NCBI GenBank assembly: GCA_003157485.1
Contig: PMJQ01000042.1
Span: 17,610-67,048, forward strand
DNA: 49,439 nucleotides
Direction of reading: 5' to 3'
Source: Ignavibacteriota bacterium
GTDB lineage: Bacteria > Bacteroidota > Ignavibacteria > UBA10030 > UBA6906
The notes beneath the pieces are model-generated. The model saw only the letters and a program-made list of their open reading frames with translations, did no database searches and had not been told where the DNA came from. A program made the position numbers and the translations under genes. The stretch's first letter is position 1, and every line of letters starts with the position of its first letter. This document shows, one piece after another, positions 27,680-37,978 of this stretch.

Positions 27680-27842
27680 CAGGTTTTTATGCAAATTGAG
27701 TCGCGAAAAACAGTGAGCGACGATCAAGAGAGCCGTCGTGCCTCAACAATTGCGAACGTACCATGATATTCCTTGACTTTGTTTCACTAAAGGTATAGTT
27801 TCGTTATGATGTTTGCACCTCTGACCACGAAGGAGAACGCGG

Positions 27843-28499
27843 ATGAAACGACCATATGTCATTCTTACTGCCTCGGTCATTGCCCTGTTATTGGCCTGCG
27901 GTTCGGCAAATGCGCAGAACCTTCTCGGACGCTGGGCTCTCGGGATCGACGTGGGTCCGAACTACTGGATCACCGACTACAATGACTACAGAGTGAGCTT
28001 CGGAGGCCAGGTGGTGGCCCGCTACGAAATCGCACGGTATTTCGGCCTCGGCCTAGCGGCGGGATACGAAGTCCTGAAGACCAACCAGACCACGCCGCTG
28101 AACCCCGGCGCATATGCATCGTACATCAAGGCCAATGTGATACCCGTATCGGTCGTCGCCTTTCTGCATTTCTTTCCCAGGAGGAGCGTCAATCCCTACG
28201 TGTATCTCGGCGGGGGGATGATGATGTACCAGCGGTTCGGCATCGGGACGGCGGATCCCGTTGACGGGGCCTGGCACTCATCATACGTGATCCCCGTGGG
28301 TTTCGGGGTTGAGTCCTTCCTGAACAACGACATCTCCATCGACGGCGCCGTCGGGTTTACGAACACCGCCAACAACGTCGACGCCCGCACCACAAGCTCG
28401 TTCAAGGGGTACGCCAGCGCGAGAGTCGGCATAAATTTCTATCTCAACGACGGCCCGGCCCGCAGACCGGCATCAAGACCCGCTCCTGTGAGATTCTGA
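27843..28499 (+). CDS. Outer-membrane beta-barrel protein (OmpA/porin-like, 8-strand)
   Basis: Signal peptide, amphipathic strands, NPYVYLGGG, ARVGINFYL; AAGGAG RBS; TTGACT promoter-like site at 27773. Confidence 0.8.
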   Translation: MKRPYVILTASVIALLLACGSANAQNLLGRWALGIDVGPNYWITDYNDYRVSFGGQVVARYEIARYFGLGLAAGYEVLKTNQTTPLNPGAYASYIKANVIPVSVVAFLHFFPRRSVNPYVYLGGGMMMYQRFGIGTADPVDGAWHSSYVIPVGFGVESFLNNDISIDGAVGFTNTANNVDARTTSSFKGYASARVGINFYLNDGPARRPASRPAPVRF

Positions 28500-28537
28500 T
28501 CCGGGATCTCTCCGGAGCAGCACCGCCCCACGTACGA

Positions 28538-28577
28538 TCTGCCGGAGGTGCATCACTGTCTGTGCGCTTCCGGCAGA
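28538..28577 (+). other. 15-bp GC-rich hairpin after the beta-barrel gene (terminator or stabiliser)
   Basis: tctgccggaggtgca ... tgcgcttccggcaga with G-U pairs; no U-tract. Confidence 0.4.
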
Positions 28578-28719
28578 CCTGCGCCTGACCCATCCATGCG
28601 GCGCGCTGACGGAGCGCGGTCGGAGTTCAGACCCTCCAATTTCCTTTATCGGCGGACCATAGTCAACTGAACCCTGCCTGGACCTCACAATTCGGTGACG
28701 CGCGCCGCAGGCTCGCGTT

Positions 28720-30315
28720 ATGACGAAGGACGATATGAAACAGCCCTGTACCTGTTTGACGATACTTATCGCGGCGATTCTCTGCGGATGTTCGCACACG
28801 GCGGTGCCGTGGCCCGCATCCGCATTTGAGAAGATCACCCCGGAGGACGTCCACAGAAACATTTTTTACCTTGCGTCGGACTCGATGATGGGGCGGAACA
28901 CCCCCAGCCCCCAGCTCGATACCGCGGCATCGTATATCGCGGCGACCTTCGCCCGGGACGGTCTGCGGCCGGTGAACGGCTCGTTCTTCCAGAGAGTCTC
29001 GCTGAACATCGTGGGACTCGGAGAGCAGAACGCGCTCCGGATCCGCTCGGGATCCGCGGAGCGGACGTACGAGATCAAGACGGAATTTACGCCGTTCGAA
29101 ATGACGGCAAACGGGTCCGCGGGCGGGCCCGTCGTCTTTGCGGGGTACGGCATCACCGCCCCGGAGTACAAGTATGACGATTATGCCGGGATCGACGTGA
29201 AGGGGAAGATCGTGTTCGTCCTTCGGCATGAACCCGGGGAAGAGGACTCCGCGTCGGTGTTCCTCGGGACGGCGCCGACGAAGTATTCCAGCGTGGAAAC
29301 GAAAGTCCGTATCGCCGTCGAGCACGGGGCCGCCGGCGTGATCGTGGCGACGGATCCGCTGAACCACGCTTCCCTGACGCCGCGGGGGTTCCCCTGGCCG
29401 TCTCTTTCCACGTTCATGCCGAAAGACGCGCTCCCGCTGACGCTTGCAGCCGAGGAGAACAGGAAAGTCCCTGTCGTGCACGCCGGGCCCGAGGTCGTCG
29501 CGCAGCTGTTCGGCAGCGTGGATTCGCTCAGGAGGCTCCAGCGGGAAATTGACGCGAGACTCGTTCCCCGCTCGGGCCCGATCGCGGGGACCGAGGCGTT
29601 CATCCAGACAAGCACCTCGATACGCGATATGTCGGCAAACAACGTCGTGGGGGTGCTCCCCGGGAGCGACCCCGTCCTGAAGTCCGAGACGGTCATCGTG
29701 GGGGCGCACTACGACCACTTAGGATACAAAAAGGAGCATGCGCCGGGGGCGCGGTACATATTCAACGGCGCCGACGACAACGCCTCCGGGACGTGCGCGC
29801 TTCTGGAGGTCGCGGCGGCTCTGGGTGGGCTCCCGTCTTCTCCCCGCAGGACCGTACTCTGCATCGCGTTCTCGGGAGAAGAAAAAGGGCTCTTCGGGTC
29901 CGAGTACTACGCACGCCATCCCCTTTTCCCCCTCGCCACAACGGTGGCAATGCTCAACATGGATATGGTCGGCATGAACGGCGAGGACTCGCTTTTCCTG
30001 ATCGGTGCCGAGGGGTCGCCCGAACTCGCGCGGATCGCACATGAGGAAAACGCCCGCGTGGGGTTCGTCCTTGTGGAACAGAAACTCACGATGGGAGGGA
30101 GCGATCACATGAGCTTCATGAAAAGGAATATACCCGACCTCTTCTTCCATTCAGGGCTCGAGAGCGTGTACCACTCGGTCAACGACCGGCCGGAACTCAT
30201 CAATACGCGCAAGGTTGCGCGCACCGCGGGCCTCGTGTTCCTCACGGCGGTCCGGATCGCGGCAGATTCAGCGCACTACAGATATTTACCAGTCATCAGT
30301 CCATCGTACCTCTAA
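28720..30315 (+). CDS. M28 family aminopeptidase with PA domain, probable lipoprotein
   Basis: ILCGC lipobox, LASDSMMGR, FAGYGI..DDYAGIDVKGK, GAHYDHLG, NGADDNASG, SGEEKGLFGS, NMDMVG, GSDH, YHS. Confidence 0.93.
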   Translation: MTKDDMKQPCTCLTILIAAILCGCSHTAVPWPASAFEKITPEDVHRNIFYLASDSMMGRNTPSPQLDTAASYIAATFARDGLRPVNGSFFQRVSLNIVGLGEQNALRIRSGSAERTYEIKTEFTPFEMTANGSAGGPVVFAGYGITAPEYKYDDYAGIDVKGKIVFVLRHEPGEEDSASVFLGTAPTKYSSVETKVRIAVEHGAAGVIVATDPLNHASLTPRGFPWPSLSTFMPKDALPLTLAAEENRKVPVVHAGPEVVAQLFGSVDSLRRLQREIDARLVPRSGPIAGTEAFIQTSTSIRDMSANNVVGVLPGSDPVLKSETVIVGAHYDHLGYKKEHAPGARYIFNGADDNASGTCALLEVAAALGGLPSSPRRTVLCIAFSGEEKGLFGSEYYARHPLFPLATTVAMLNMDMVGMNGEDSLFLIGAEGSPELARIAHEENARVGFVLVEQKLTMGGSDHMSFMKRNIPDLFFHSGLESVYHSVNDRPELINTRKVARTAGLVFLTAVRIAADSAHYRYLPVISPSYL

Positions 30316-30332
30316 CAAGTAAGGAGTCCCCC

Positions 30333-31178
30333 ATGCGCTTCACACACCGCAGCATCCTCATCGTCCTGATCGCCGGAGCGGCAGCCTGCGCTCCCGCGCA
30401 CGCGCAGGACCAGTTCACGCTCAAGTACACGCTGGAGAAGGGAAAAGCCTACCGGTTCGCCGATACGTCACTCATCAAATCCTCTCAGGAAGTCAACGGG
30501 CAGGAGATGAAATCGACGATCACCTCCTATTCCACGATCAGGCTCGTCCCGGAAGAGATCCGGGGGGACGGCTCGACGGTGTTCACGGTCTCCCCCGATC
30601 AGATGACGGTCGCCGTGAAAAACGCAAGAATGGATACGACAATCGATATCAAAGAGATGGTCGGCAAGCGGACCCGCATGACGGTCTCCGCACTGGGAGA
30701 AACGCTGAAGAAGGAGATTATCGACACGGTGCAGTACTCACAGCTCACCGCGTCGATGGGGCGGCAGGATCTCATCAGGCTCCACACCATGCCGACGAAG
30801 CCGGTGAAAATCGGCGAGAAATGGACCGCCACAAAGCCCGACACGAACGATGCGATGGGCGGGAGGATGGTCACGCTCTCCACGGGGGACTTTACTCTTC
30901 TCTCCCGGGAAAATAGACTCGGGGTCGATTGCCTGAAGATCTCCTACACCGGGAAAATGACGGTCAAGGGGAAAGGAACGATGAACGGGATGGACTTCTT
31001 CGTCGAGGGATCGGGAACCACATCGGGAACGTATTTCCAGGCTGTCAAGACCGGCCTGACGGTATGGGAGGATTCCAAGTACGACGTGGAATCGACCGTT
31101 GCGCTCACCGGTGCCCAGAACTTGACGATCCCGAGCTCGACGTCGGTCTCGTCGCACAGGATACTCCTGAAGGACTGA
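30333..31178 (+). CDS. Hypothetical secreted beta-rich protein (DUF6263-like)
   Basis: AAGGAG RBS, signal AHA|QD, LKYTLEKGKAY and PVKIGEKW motifs. Confidence 0.72.
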   Translation: MRFTHRSILIVLIAGAAACAPAHAQDQFTLKYTLEKGKAYRFADTSLIKSSQEVNGQEMKSTITSYSTIRLVPEEIRGDGSTVFTVSPDQMTVAVKNARMDTTIDIKEMVGKRTRMTVSALGETLKKEIIDTVQYSQLTASMGRQDLIRLHTMPTKPVKIGEKWTATKPDTNDAMGGRMVTLSTGDFTLLSRENRLGVDCLKISYTGKMTVKGKGTMNGMDFFVEGSGTTSGTYFQAVKTGLTVWEDSKYDVESTVALTGAQNLTIPSSTSVSSHRILLKD

Positions 31179-31200
31179 GCCGAGGCGACTCACCCCGCGC

Positions 31201-31431
31201 GTGATTCTGACTGTTCTTCTCACGCTCCTGACGTTCGACGCGCGGTGCGGCATCTCCCCCGCAGAGTACGCATCGCGCAGGTCCCGGCTCGCCGCGTTTG
31301 CGGATACGGATACGGCGTTCGCCGTGCAATGCCGCGGCATCGGAGTCCGGATCAAGGACGACGAGCCTGTCACCGAACGGGGATCGGAGGTTCTCACATC
31401 GGGAATTCCGCAGGAGCCGGCCGCGGTGAGA
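31201..31431 (+). pseudogene. Internally deleted Xaa-Pro aminopeptidase (PepP-like) remnant
   Basis: N-terminal ISPAEYASRRSRL joined almost directly to C-terminal GIGVRIKDD.PVTERGSEVLTSGIP. The metal-ligand Glu of RIEDD is Lys. Confidence 0.7.
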
Positions 31432-31464
31432 AGCTCGTCCGGAGCGGGACCGCGCAGCGGGCAC

Positions 31465-32376
31465 TCAAAAATTCTTCGCAAACGCCTCAGTAACCGTGTA
31501 GAGGAGCGGGGGGATTTCGTAGAGGGGTACCCTGAGAACGAGGAGATCGTTCCCGTTCACCCGGGCGTAGTGGACTTCGTACGAGTCGAATGACGCATCG
31601 GTGCAGACGGCCTGAAGCGCCGACGACGAGAACGGGAGGCCGAGCGAATCAGTTTCAAATGCGCTCCCCCTCGAGGTCCACAGAACGGGCCCGATGCCGT
31701 CCGCGAACCAGAGGGAATCGAGAAACGACATGACGGGCCCCTGGAAGAGGAGAACTCCCGCCGTGTCGACGGTTTCCGCACCGTACACCGTCCGCGTGTA
31801 GACGAAACAGTTGATGATAGGCGCTCCGAGGGCATGGATCCGGTCTTCCCCCGCATATCGCGTCACCACGCTGCGCATGACCCTGTCCCGGAGCAGGTGC
31901 CCCGAAGCCAGCGCGACGGTAAACGTCGAATCGTATGACAGAACCGTATCCGGCGCCGGGTTCATGCTCAGATCAATGAGCGTGCTCCAGAGAGGAAGCA
32001 GCGGAACGCGCCCGGATCTCTGCGACTCGAGATCAAAGATCTCCATCCCTCCCTTTCCCGCCGCAATCAGCACCGTGTCGAGCCGCACAGCCGAGCCTTC
32101 CGATGTCGTCACGCATACCGTGGCAACGGGGCCGGGCGTACCGACGGGGAGAGGACCGTTCCCGGAATATGCAAGGACGGTCACCTCATGCTGAAACATG
32201 GAGACCGGGTTGTGGTTGGCGTCGAAATTCCGGCGCGTGTACGAGATGGTTTGACCCGGGACAAACGCAAATGAGGGGGGGATCAGCGTGCCAGGACCAA
32301 GGGGGGTGTCGTTCCGTGTGCATCCTGATTGAGCGATGAGAAGCGAAACGCCGATGAATGCCGGGAAGCGAACCAT
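31465..32376 (-). CDS. Hypothetical lipoprotein
   Basis: LLIAQSGC lipobox-like signal; LWFADGIGPV motif; follows the redoxin gene by 6 nt. Confidence 0.72.
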   Translation of the reverse strand: MVRFPAFIGVSLLIAQSGCTRNDTPLGPGTLIPPSFAFVPGQTISYTRRNFDANHNPVSMFQHEVTVLAYSGNGPLPVGTPGPVATVCVTTSEGSAVRLDTVLIAAGKGGMEIFDLESQRSGRVPLLPLWSTLIDLSMNPAPDTVLSYDSTFTVALASGHLLRDRVMRSVVTRYAGEDRIHALGAPIINCFVYTRTVYGAETVDTAGVLLFQGPVMSFLDSLWFADGIGPVLWTSRGSAFETDSLGLPFSSSALQAVCTDASFDSYEVHYARVNGNDLLVLRVPLYEIPPLLYTVTEAFAKNF

Positions 32377-32382
32377 CGCGCG

Positions 32383-34023
32383 CTACCGGAGAGTGAGAAC
32401 GTTCGCCGCCTTTCCCGGAGGAGCATCTTCCGTCTCAGGGTTTGAGGGATCGAGAACAGGCGACCCGTCAACGATGAACCGGTAGTGATAGCGACCGGGG
32501 GAGAGCGTGACGCCGCGGACGAATTCCGAACCGCTCCAGTAAAGAGGAAGCCGCCGCCAGCCCGAGAAATCCCCTTCGACCTCTACGCTTCCCCTCATCT
32601 CTCCGGCAAACCGGAATTTCTGGTTCCCCCCGGCAATGAACGACATCATGGATGCGGTGTCGCCGAGCGCCGCGGCGACTGTACGGTAGGCATCCGCGCC
32701 GGAGAGCCTCAGGTTTGAAACGATCATTCCGCCCGGGTCGATCAGAAACGTCGCGGGGTACCCTCCCACGGCGTAGTCCCGCACCACGCCCGACGTGTCC
32801 GCCAGAAGAACCTGCGGCCATCTGATCCCGTTTTCCGCGGCAAACGACTGAAGAGGGGGACCGACAGGAAGGGCCATCCCCAGAACCTGGATCTTCGCTT
32901 TTCCGTACGCGGCGTGAATGTCGTTCAGGTACGGAATTCCCTCCCGGCAGAGATGAGATCCCGGATACCAGAAATTGAGGAGGACGTACTTCCCCCTGAA
33001 TTGACGCAGACTCACGTTCTCTCCCGTGAGCGTCCGGCCCTCGAATCCCCTTGCCGTGGAACCGACGGCGATCCCACCTCCTGCGGGGGCGGCCTTCTCC
33101 CGGCGGAGCGTCAGAGAACTCCCGTCGACCGTAACGTGCGAGATGCGAAACGCTTCATCCGCTATATCCACCATGTCGCCCTGATGGTACCTGAGGCACG
33201 ATGCCGGCGTGACGTCGCTGCTATCCTCTGCGGGAAAAAAGGCCTCTTCGTCCCCCCTTCCTCCGTATACGCCCGATTGAAATCCGTTGGACAACGCGCA
33301 CACGTACTTCCGATCACCGACAGTGAACACCCCCCTGCGGTACTCACACGTGCCGATGCCGAACACGATCTTCCCCCGCATCTCCTCCGCGCGTTCCGGC
33401 GGGACGTTGACATAGGGAAGGAGACGCACCGCGACCTCCCCTTCACGCACCTTTTTCCCGTCAAAGAAATCATACTCCGCGAGCGGCCTCTCGATCAGGG
33501 CGTTCAGGCTGTCCATCTGCGCAGGGGTGAAATCCCCGGGGCGGAACGGGGGGATGACGATCCGGTCTTTCCCCCAGAAACTGTGATCATTCTGCGTGTC
33601 AATAATGTACACGAAGTTCCCCTGCCCGTCGATTCCCGCGACGATCGGGATATCCTGCCCAATTTCCTTCGGGATGAGCCTGGTCGTGTCGTAGCCATTG
33701 CGTCTGATCAGATCGAGTGCAACAGCCGGATCGACGAGGCCGTTCCTGTATGACTGGAAGACGTACTGACCCATCTGGAGATTCATGTACCGGATGCTGA
33801 AACCGTGTATGTCCACGGGGATTCCACGGACTTCTGCGACGGCGCGCTCCCACGGGCCGGCGTTTTCCCCGGGGTAACTGAGCCGGATCACAGGACTGAA
33901 CGGGCCGTAGCCGGGGGCCCTGGTGAGGAGGACCTGGAGGCTGTCGGGGAGGGCGAGAGCAAGTGAGAGTGAAAGGGCCTGGACAGCCACCAGGAGACGG
34001 ACGTTCAATTTGATTGATCGCAT
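32383..34023 (-). CDS. Secreted TlpA/redoxin-domain protein with C-terminal CBM48/AMPK-like glycogen-binding domain
   Basis: FRGKYVLLNFWYPGSHLC, YAVGGYPATFLIDPGG; VEVEGDFSGW...GRYHYRFIVDG...DPSNP. Confidence 0.78.
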   Translation of the reverse strand: MRSIKLNVRLLVAVQALSLSLALALPDSLQVLLTRAPGYGPFSPVIRLSYPGENAGPWERAVAEVRGIPVDIHGFSIRYMNLQMGQYVFQSYRNGLVDPAVALDLIRRNGYDTTRLIPKEIGQDIPIVAGIDGQGNFVYIIDTQNDHSFWGKDRIVIPPFRPGDFTPAQMDSLNALIERPLAEYDFFDGKKVREGEVAVRLLPYVNVPPERAEEMRGKIVFGIGTCEYRRGVFTVGDRKYVCALSNGFQSGVYGGRGDEEAFFPAEDSSDVTPASCLRYHQGDMVDIADEAFRISHVTVDGSSLTLRREKAAPAGGGIAVGSTARGFEGRTLTGENVSLRQFRGKYVLLNFWYPGSHLCREGIPYLNDIHAAYGKAKIQVLGMALPVGPPLQSFAAENGIRWPQVLLADTSGVVRDYAVGGYPATFLIDPGGMIVSNLRLSGADAYRTVAAALGDTASMMSFIAGGNQKFRFAGEMRGSVEVEGDFSGWRRLPLYWSGSEFVRGVTLSPGRYHYRFIVDGSPVLDPSNPETEDAPPGKAANVLTLR

Positions 34024-34205
34024 GGGGCGAAATGTGACGTCGAAGGAAATGGCGCGAACCCGCGGACGGAGTACAGTGGAAATGTAGGCGGGAATGAGTT
34101 GAGAATCAATACAGATAATGGAGTGTGCCAAACGATGAATCCCCCGCCGAAAATCCGTATATTCGGACTGTTTCGGGATGGACGAATTCACACAGGGTTC
34201 ACCTC

Positions 34206-35915
34206 ATGACTCACAGAAATCTCATCTTTGCGGCAGCGCTGCTGCTGGCCGTTCCTCCGCTCATGTTCGGACAGGCCGAAAACGTCCCAGCGACCGACCC
34301 GGTGTACGTGTTTCTGAAACGGATGGAGGTGCGGGGTATACTCGACTCCTACAGCGACGTGGTCCTCCCGCTCTCCCGGCGCGAAATCGGCGAGTACCTC
34401 GTCACCGTCGGGAAGAGTACTGACAGGCTCACGGCGTCGGAAAACGATTGGCTCCGGCGGTACCTCGACGAATTCCGGTACGAGGCGAGCGGAATCACGG
34501 AGGGGACGAACTCGCTCATCGCTACGTCCTCCGAAGGGATGACGAGCGGATCCGCCAGGTTCTTTGCGGACGGGCAGAAATACCTGTATGCCTACCGGGA
34601 CACCAACCTTACGTTCTTCGTGAACGGGCTCCTGACGTTCGACGCCAGGAGGATCTCGGGCGACGCGCTCGGGAACGCTCACGCGGAGTTCATCCAGGGG
34701 GGTGCGAGCGCGCGGGGGACGATCTACAATCGCCTGGGGTACTCGTTCCAGGCGGTCAACGCCGCGTTCCGGGGGAGCCGGGAACTTCTGGCACGCGATC
34801 CGGCAATCTCCCAGATTCAGACACTCGGGCAGACCAACATACAGAATTTCGACCAGGCGGAAGGGGTAGTGCGGTACGACGGCGGCCTCGTGTCGGCACA
34901 GGTGGGGACACAGCGGGTCCTGTGGGGGACCGGATACGATCAGAAGATGATCATATCGGATAATATCGCTCCATTCCCGTTCATACGCGCGGATTTTCAC
35001 TACAAATTTCTCCGGTTCACGTTCATACACGGCTGGCTTCTCGGATTGCCGCGCCCGTGGACCGATTTTGTGTCCGCGGACTCCGCCGCAAAGCTGAAGG
35101 GCCCGTCCATCGCGGACAAGTACATCGCAGCCCACAGGTTGGAATTCTCGTTCCCGCATCTCCTCGACGTCGGATTCCAGGACATGGTCATATACAGCAA
35201 CAGGTCCCCCGATCTGGCCTACCTCGCCCCCATGATGCTCCTGGAGTCGGCCGCACGGGCCCGCGGTGACAGGGATAACGGTCTCTGGTCGATGGACCTG
35301 AGGACGCATTTCACGCCGGGGCTCGAGCTCGCCGGCACAGTACTCTTCGATGACCTTCACTTCGGCGACTTCTTCAAGAACAGGTACTATAACAAGAACG
35401 CATACCAGATCGGCGTATATCTGACCGATCCTCTCATGATCCGGAACTCAAGCCTCATTGTCGAGTGGACGCGCGTCCAGCCGTTCGTTTTCTCGCACGA
35501 TTATTCCATCGAGGACACGTACACGAGCAACGGCGCGGTCATCGGGCCGCGCATCGGGCCGAACTCGGATTCGTGGTTTATACGGGGGGATCTGTTTCCT
35601 GCTGAGCGGCTGACGCTTTCGCTCAGGTTTTTCTACGAGAGACACGGCGACAATGTCTATGACGCGGGGGGGAATCTCCTGATGAACGCCGGCGGGAACG
35701 TCGAACAGGGACACCGGACGGAAGACCCTCTTGCCGCCACATTCCTCGGGGGCAACCTTGTGAAGACCCGGAGCCTCCAGCTCCTGGCGACGTTCGAGCC
35801 GGTCTACCAGATCTGGATCGACGGATGGTATGAAGCCGACCGGCTCGAGACGGCCGCGACGGGAGCCGTTTCCTCCAACGGGACGTTCGGCCTCAGGATG
35901 AGGACGGCGTTCTGA
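34206..35915 (+). CDS. Capsule assembly Wzi family outer-membrane protein
   Basis: ENVPATDPVYVFLKRM, LPLSRREI, WGTG...IISDN, KYIAAHRLE, IGPNSD; C-terminal Phe. Confidence 0.8.
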   Translation: MTHRNLIFAAALLLAVPPLMFGQAENVPATDPVYVFLKRMEVRGILDSYSDVVLPLSRREIGEYLVTVGKSTDRLTASENDWLRRYLDEFRYEASGITEGTNSLIATSSEGMTSGSARFFADGQKYLYAYRDTNLTFFVNGLLTFDARRISGDALGNAHAEFIQGGASARGTIYNRLGYSFQAVNAAFRGSRELLARDPAISQIQTLGQTNIQNFDQAEGVVRYDGGLVSAQVGTQRVLWGTGYDQKMIISDNIAPFPFIRADFHYKFLRFTFIHGWLLGLPRPWTDFVSADSAAKLKGPSIADKYIAAHRLEFSFPHLLDVGFQDMVIYSNRSPDLAYLAPMMLLESAARARGDRDNGLWSMDLRTHFTPGLELAGTVLFDDLHFGDFFKNRYYNKNAYQIGVYLTDPLMIRNSSLIVEWTRVQPFVFSHDYSIEDTYTSNGAVIGPRIGPNSDSWFIRGDLFPAERLTLSLRFFYERHGDNVYDAGGNLLMNAGGNVEQGHRTEDPLAATFLGGNLVKTRSLQLLATFEPVYQIWIDGWYEADRLETAATGAVSSNGTFGLRMRTAF

Positions 35916-35937
35916 CCGGGGGTCAAACCGGTCGCTT

Positions 35938-37947
35938 TCACCGGATGAGCGTGGGGAACACCGAGACGCGGAGACGCTCGCATCCCATCGGTATCAGCGT
36001 CACCGTTTCGACCGGGGCATCCATGCGAAGCGGGCTCCCGGGAATCTGGCCGATCAATCCGTTTGATTCCTGTTTCCACGCCGGGATCCGGGCGGCGCTG
36101 ACGCGCAGCTCAAGGGGGGCGCTTCCCGGCGCGAAAGGCTGGGAATCCAGCGGTCCCTCCTTCCTGACGATCTCCAGCGACCGACCGGGATTTGCCGGGT
36201 CCATACGAAGCCCGTAGTTCCACGCCGTGGCAGGGAAGACTTCGAACGCGGGCCATGCGTCCGTCCCCCCGCTCCTCTCCCAGCGCTCCCCGATTTTCAG
36301 CGCGTAGGTGAGAGGACCCCTGATTACAGAGACCGTATTCCCGTTCCCCTTCCATACCTTGACGCCGATCTCCTGCGGGAGATCCAGATGCACAACATCG
36401 CCCCTTTTCCACGGCCGGTCGAGTATGACCCACGTCCCGGGGCCGGGCGCGACGCCGGCGTCGGCGCCGTTGACAAGAACGCGCGCATGAGCGCACCAGC
36501 CTGGGATGCGGAGCGAGAGCGGGAACGCCGTTTCCCTTTCCGGCGCGATCGTGATGTCGATCGTGCCGGCGAACGGATATCCGGTCTCCTCCGTGATCGT
36601 GACATTCGCGCCGTTCCCGGCCCGCGCGGTGACCTTCGAGGGAGCGTACAGAACGGCGGCAAGCCCGTTCCCCGCCGCCGCCATCCAGAGGTGCTCAGTA
36701 AAATACGGCCAGCCGAACGCCACGTTGTGCTGGCAGCAGCGGTGGTACCACGGATCGAAGTAGAGCATCCTCCCGTCGTTCTCAATCATCGGCGATTTGT
36801 CGGCGCGGTCGCACTGTATCATGTTGGGCGCGGTGAGATAATGGAGCCCCTCCAGGTCCGGCGTCATCGACGCAGGGAGAGAATTGAATGCGACATCCTC
36901 GCAGCGGTCGGCCCAGACCGGATCGCCTGTGATGGCGACAAGCATCTCGTCCGAGTGCATGAACTCCACCATGGAACATGTCTCCGCCGCCTGCCGGGGT
37001 CCGGCGTAGCCGGGACGCGCGTTCTCGTCAGCTCCGAACATCCCGCCGGGGACCCGGCCGTACGCGGACATGATCGAATCGTAGTTCCTCACAGTCGCGC
37101 GAAGATAGCGGGTATCTCCCGTCTGCTGGTAGTATTCCGCCGGCTCCCGAAAACCCTGGCAGAGATTGACGCCGTGCCACGTGGGAATGCCCCCGGTCCA
37201 GTCCGCCGTCCGCTCGTGGTTCACACGGGCCAGGTCCAGAAGCATCGGGTCACCGGTATGGTTGTAGAGCCAGTAGATGTGGTCGAGGTTGTCCCCTCCC
37301 CGCCATTTCTGCCAGCTACCGGGGAGGAAGCGATCCAGCGGCACTGTCATGAGCCAGCGGGCATATGCAAGCATGAACGGGAGAATCCGTTTGTCTCCCG
37401 TCACCTCATACCGCGAGCGGAGGACGGAGAGCATGAGCATGTTGGGCCAGATATCCGGCGCCGTCCTGTTCGCCGCCGGCCCGAAATATCCCGTTGAGTC
37501 CTGGGTTGAGAGCACGCCATCCGTCCACCGGCGGGATTCGCCGATGATCCTCTCGTCGTCCAGAAGGTATCCGAGATCGATGAATCCACGGAGCCAGTAC
37601 GGGACCTCCTCCCAGCCGTTTTCCCTCCCCTTCCCCACCCACGCATTCCCGTCCATTTTGCACCAACTGCTTATCTCGGTAAGATGCCCGGAGAATCCGT
37701 CGCGCATCCGCTCGAGCTGCCCGAGGAGCCACCCCCCGGCACGGACGTCGCCGAGTGGGAGCTTCACAAGAGGGACGGAACGGAGGGGAGGACGGTTCCC
37801 GGGATAAAGCCCCTCCGCTCCGAGGGGAGGGAGTTGATCGACAACGCGCGCGCCGCCCCTCGCGGCGCCCGCAGGGGGCGCGGGAAGGAGGAGGAGGCAG
37901 AGGAGCGAGGCAGGAACTGACAGGCAGCGATTCAGTACCACCGGCAT
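35938..37947 (-). CDS. GH127-family beta-L-arabinofuranosidase-like glycoside hydrolase, secreted
   Basis: GWEEVPYWLRG, HGVNLCQG, AETCSMVEFM, RCCQHN, ETGYPF, LRIPGW, RGPLTYAL; GGAGG RBS. Confidence 0.88.
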   Translation of the reverse strand: MPVVLNRCLSVPASLLCLLLLPAPPAGAARGGARVVDQLPPLGAEGLYPGNRPPLRSVPLVKLPLGDVRAGGWLLGQLERMRDGFSGHLTEISSWCKMDGNAWVGKGRENGWEEVPYWLRGFIDLGYLLDDERIIGESRRWTDGVLSTQDSTGYFGPAANRTAPDIWPNMLMLSVLRSRYEVTGDKRILPFMLAYARWLMTVPLDRFLPGSWQKWRGGDNLDHIYWLYNHTGDPMLLDLARVNHERTADWTGGIPTWHGVNLCQGFREPAEYYQQTGDTRYLRATVRNYDSIMSAYGRVPGGMFGADENARPGYAGPRQAAETCSMVEFMHSDEMLVAITGDPVWADRCEDVAFNSLPASMTPDLEGLHYLTAPNMIQCDRADKSPMIENDGRMLYFDPWYHRCCQHNVAFGWPYFTEHLWMAAAGNGLAAVLYAPSKVTARAGNGANVTITEETGYPFAGTIDITIAPERETAFPLSLRIPGWCAHARVLVNGADAGVAPGPGTWVILDRPWKRGDVVHLDLPQEIGVKVWKGNGNTVSVIRGPLTYALKIGERWERSGGTDAWPAFEVFPATAWNYGLRMDPANPGRSLEIVRKEGPLDSQPFAPGSAPLELRVSAARIPAWKQESNGLIGQIPGSPLRMDAPVETVTLIPMGCERLRVSVFPTLIR

Positions 37948-37978
37948 CAGGTATTTCCTCCCGGGTGTATTGTCGGCA

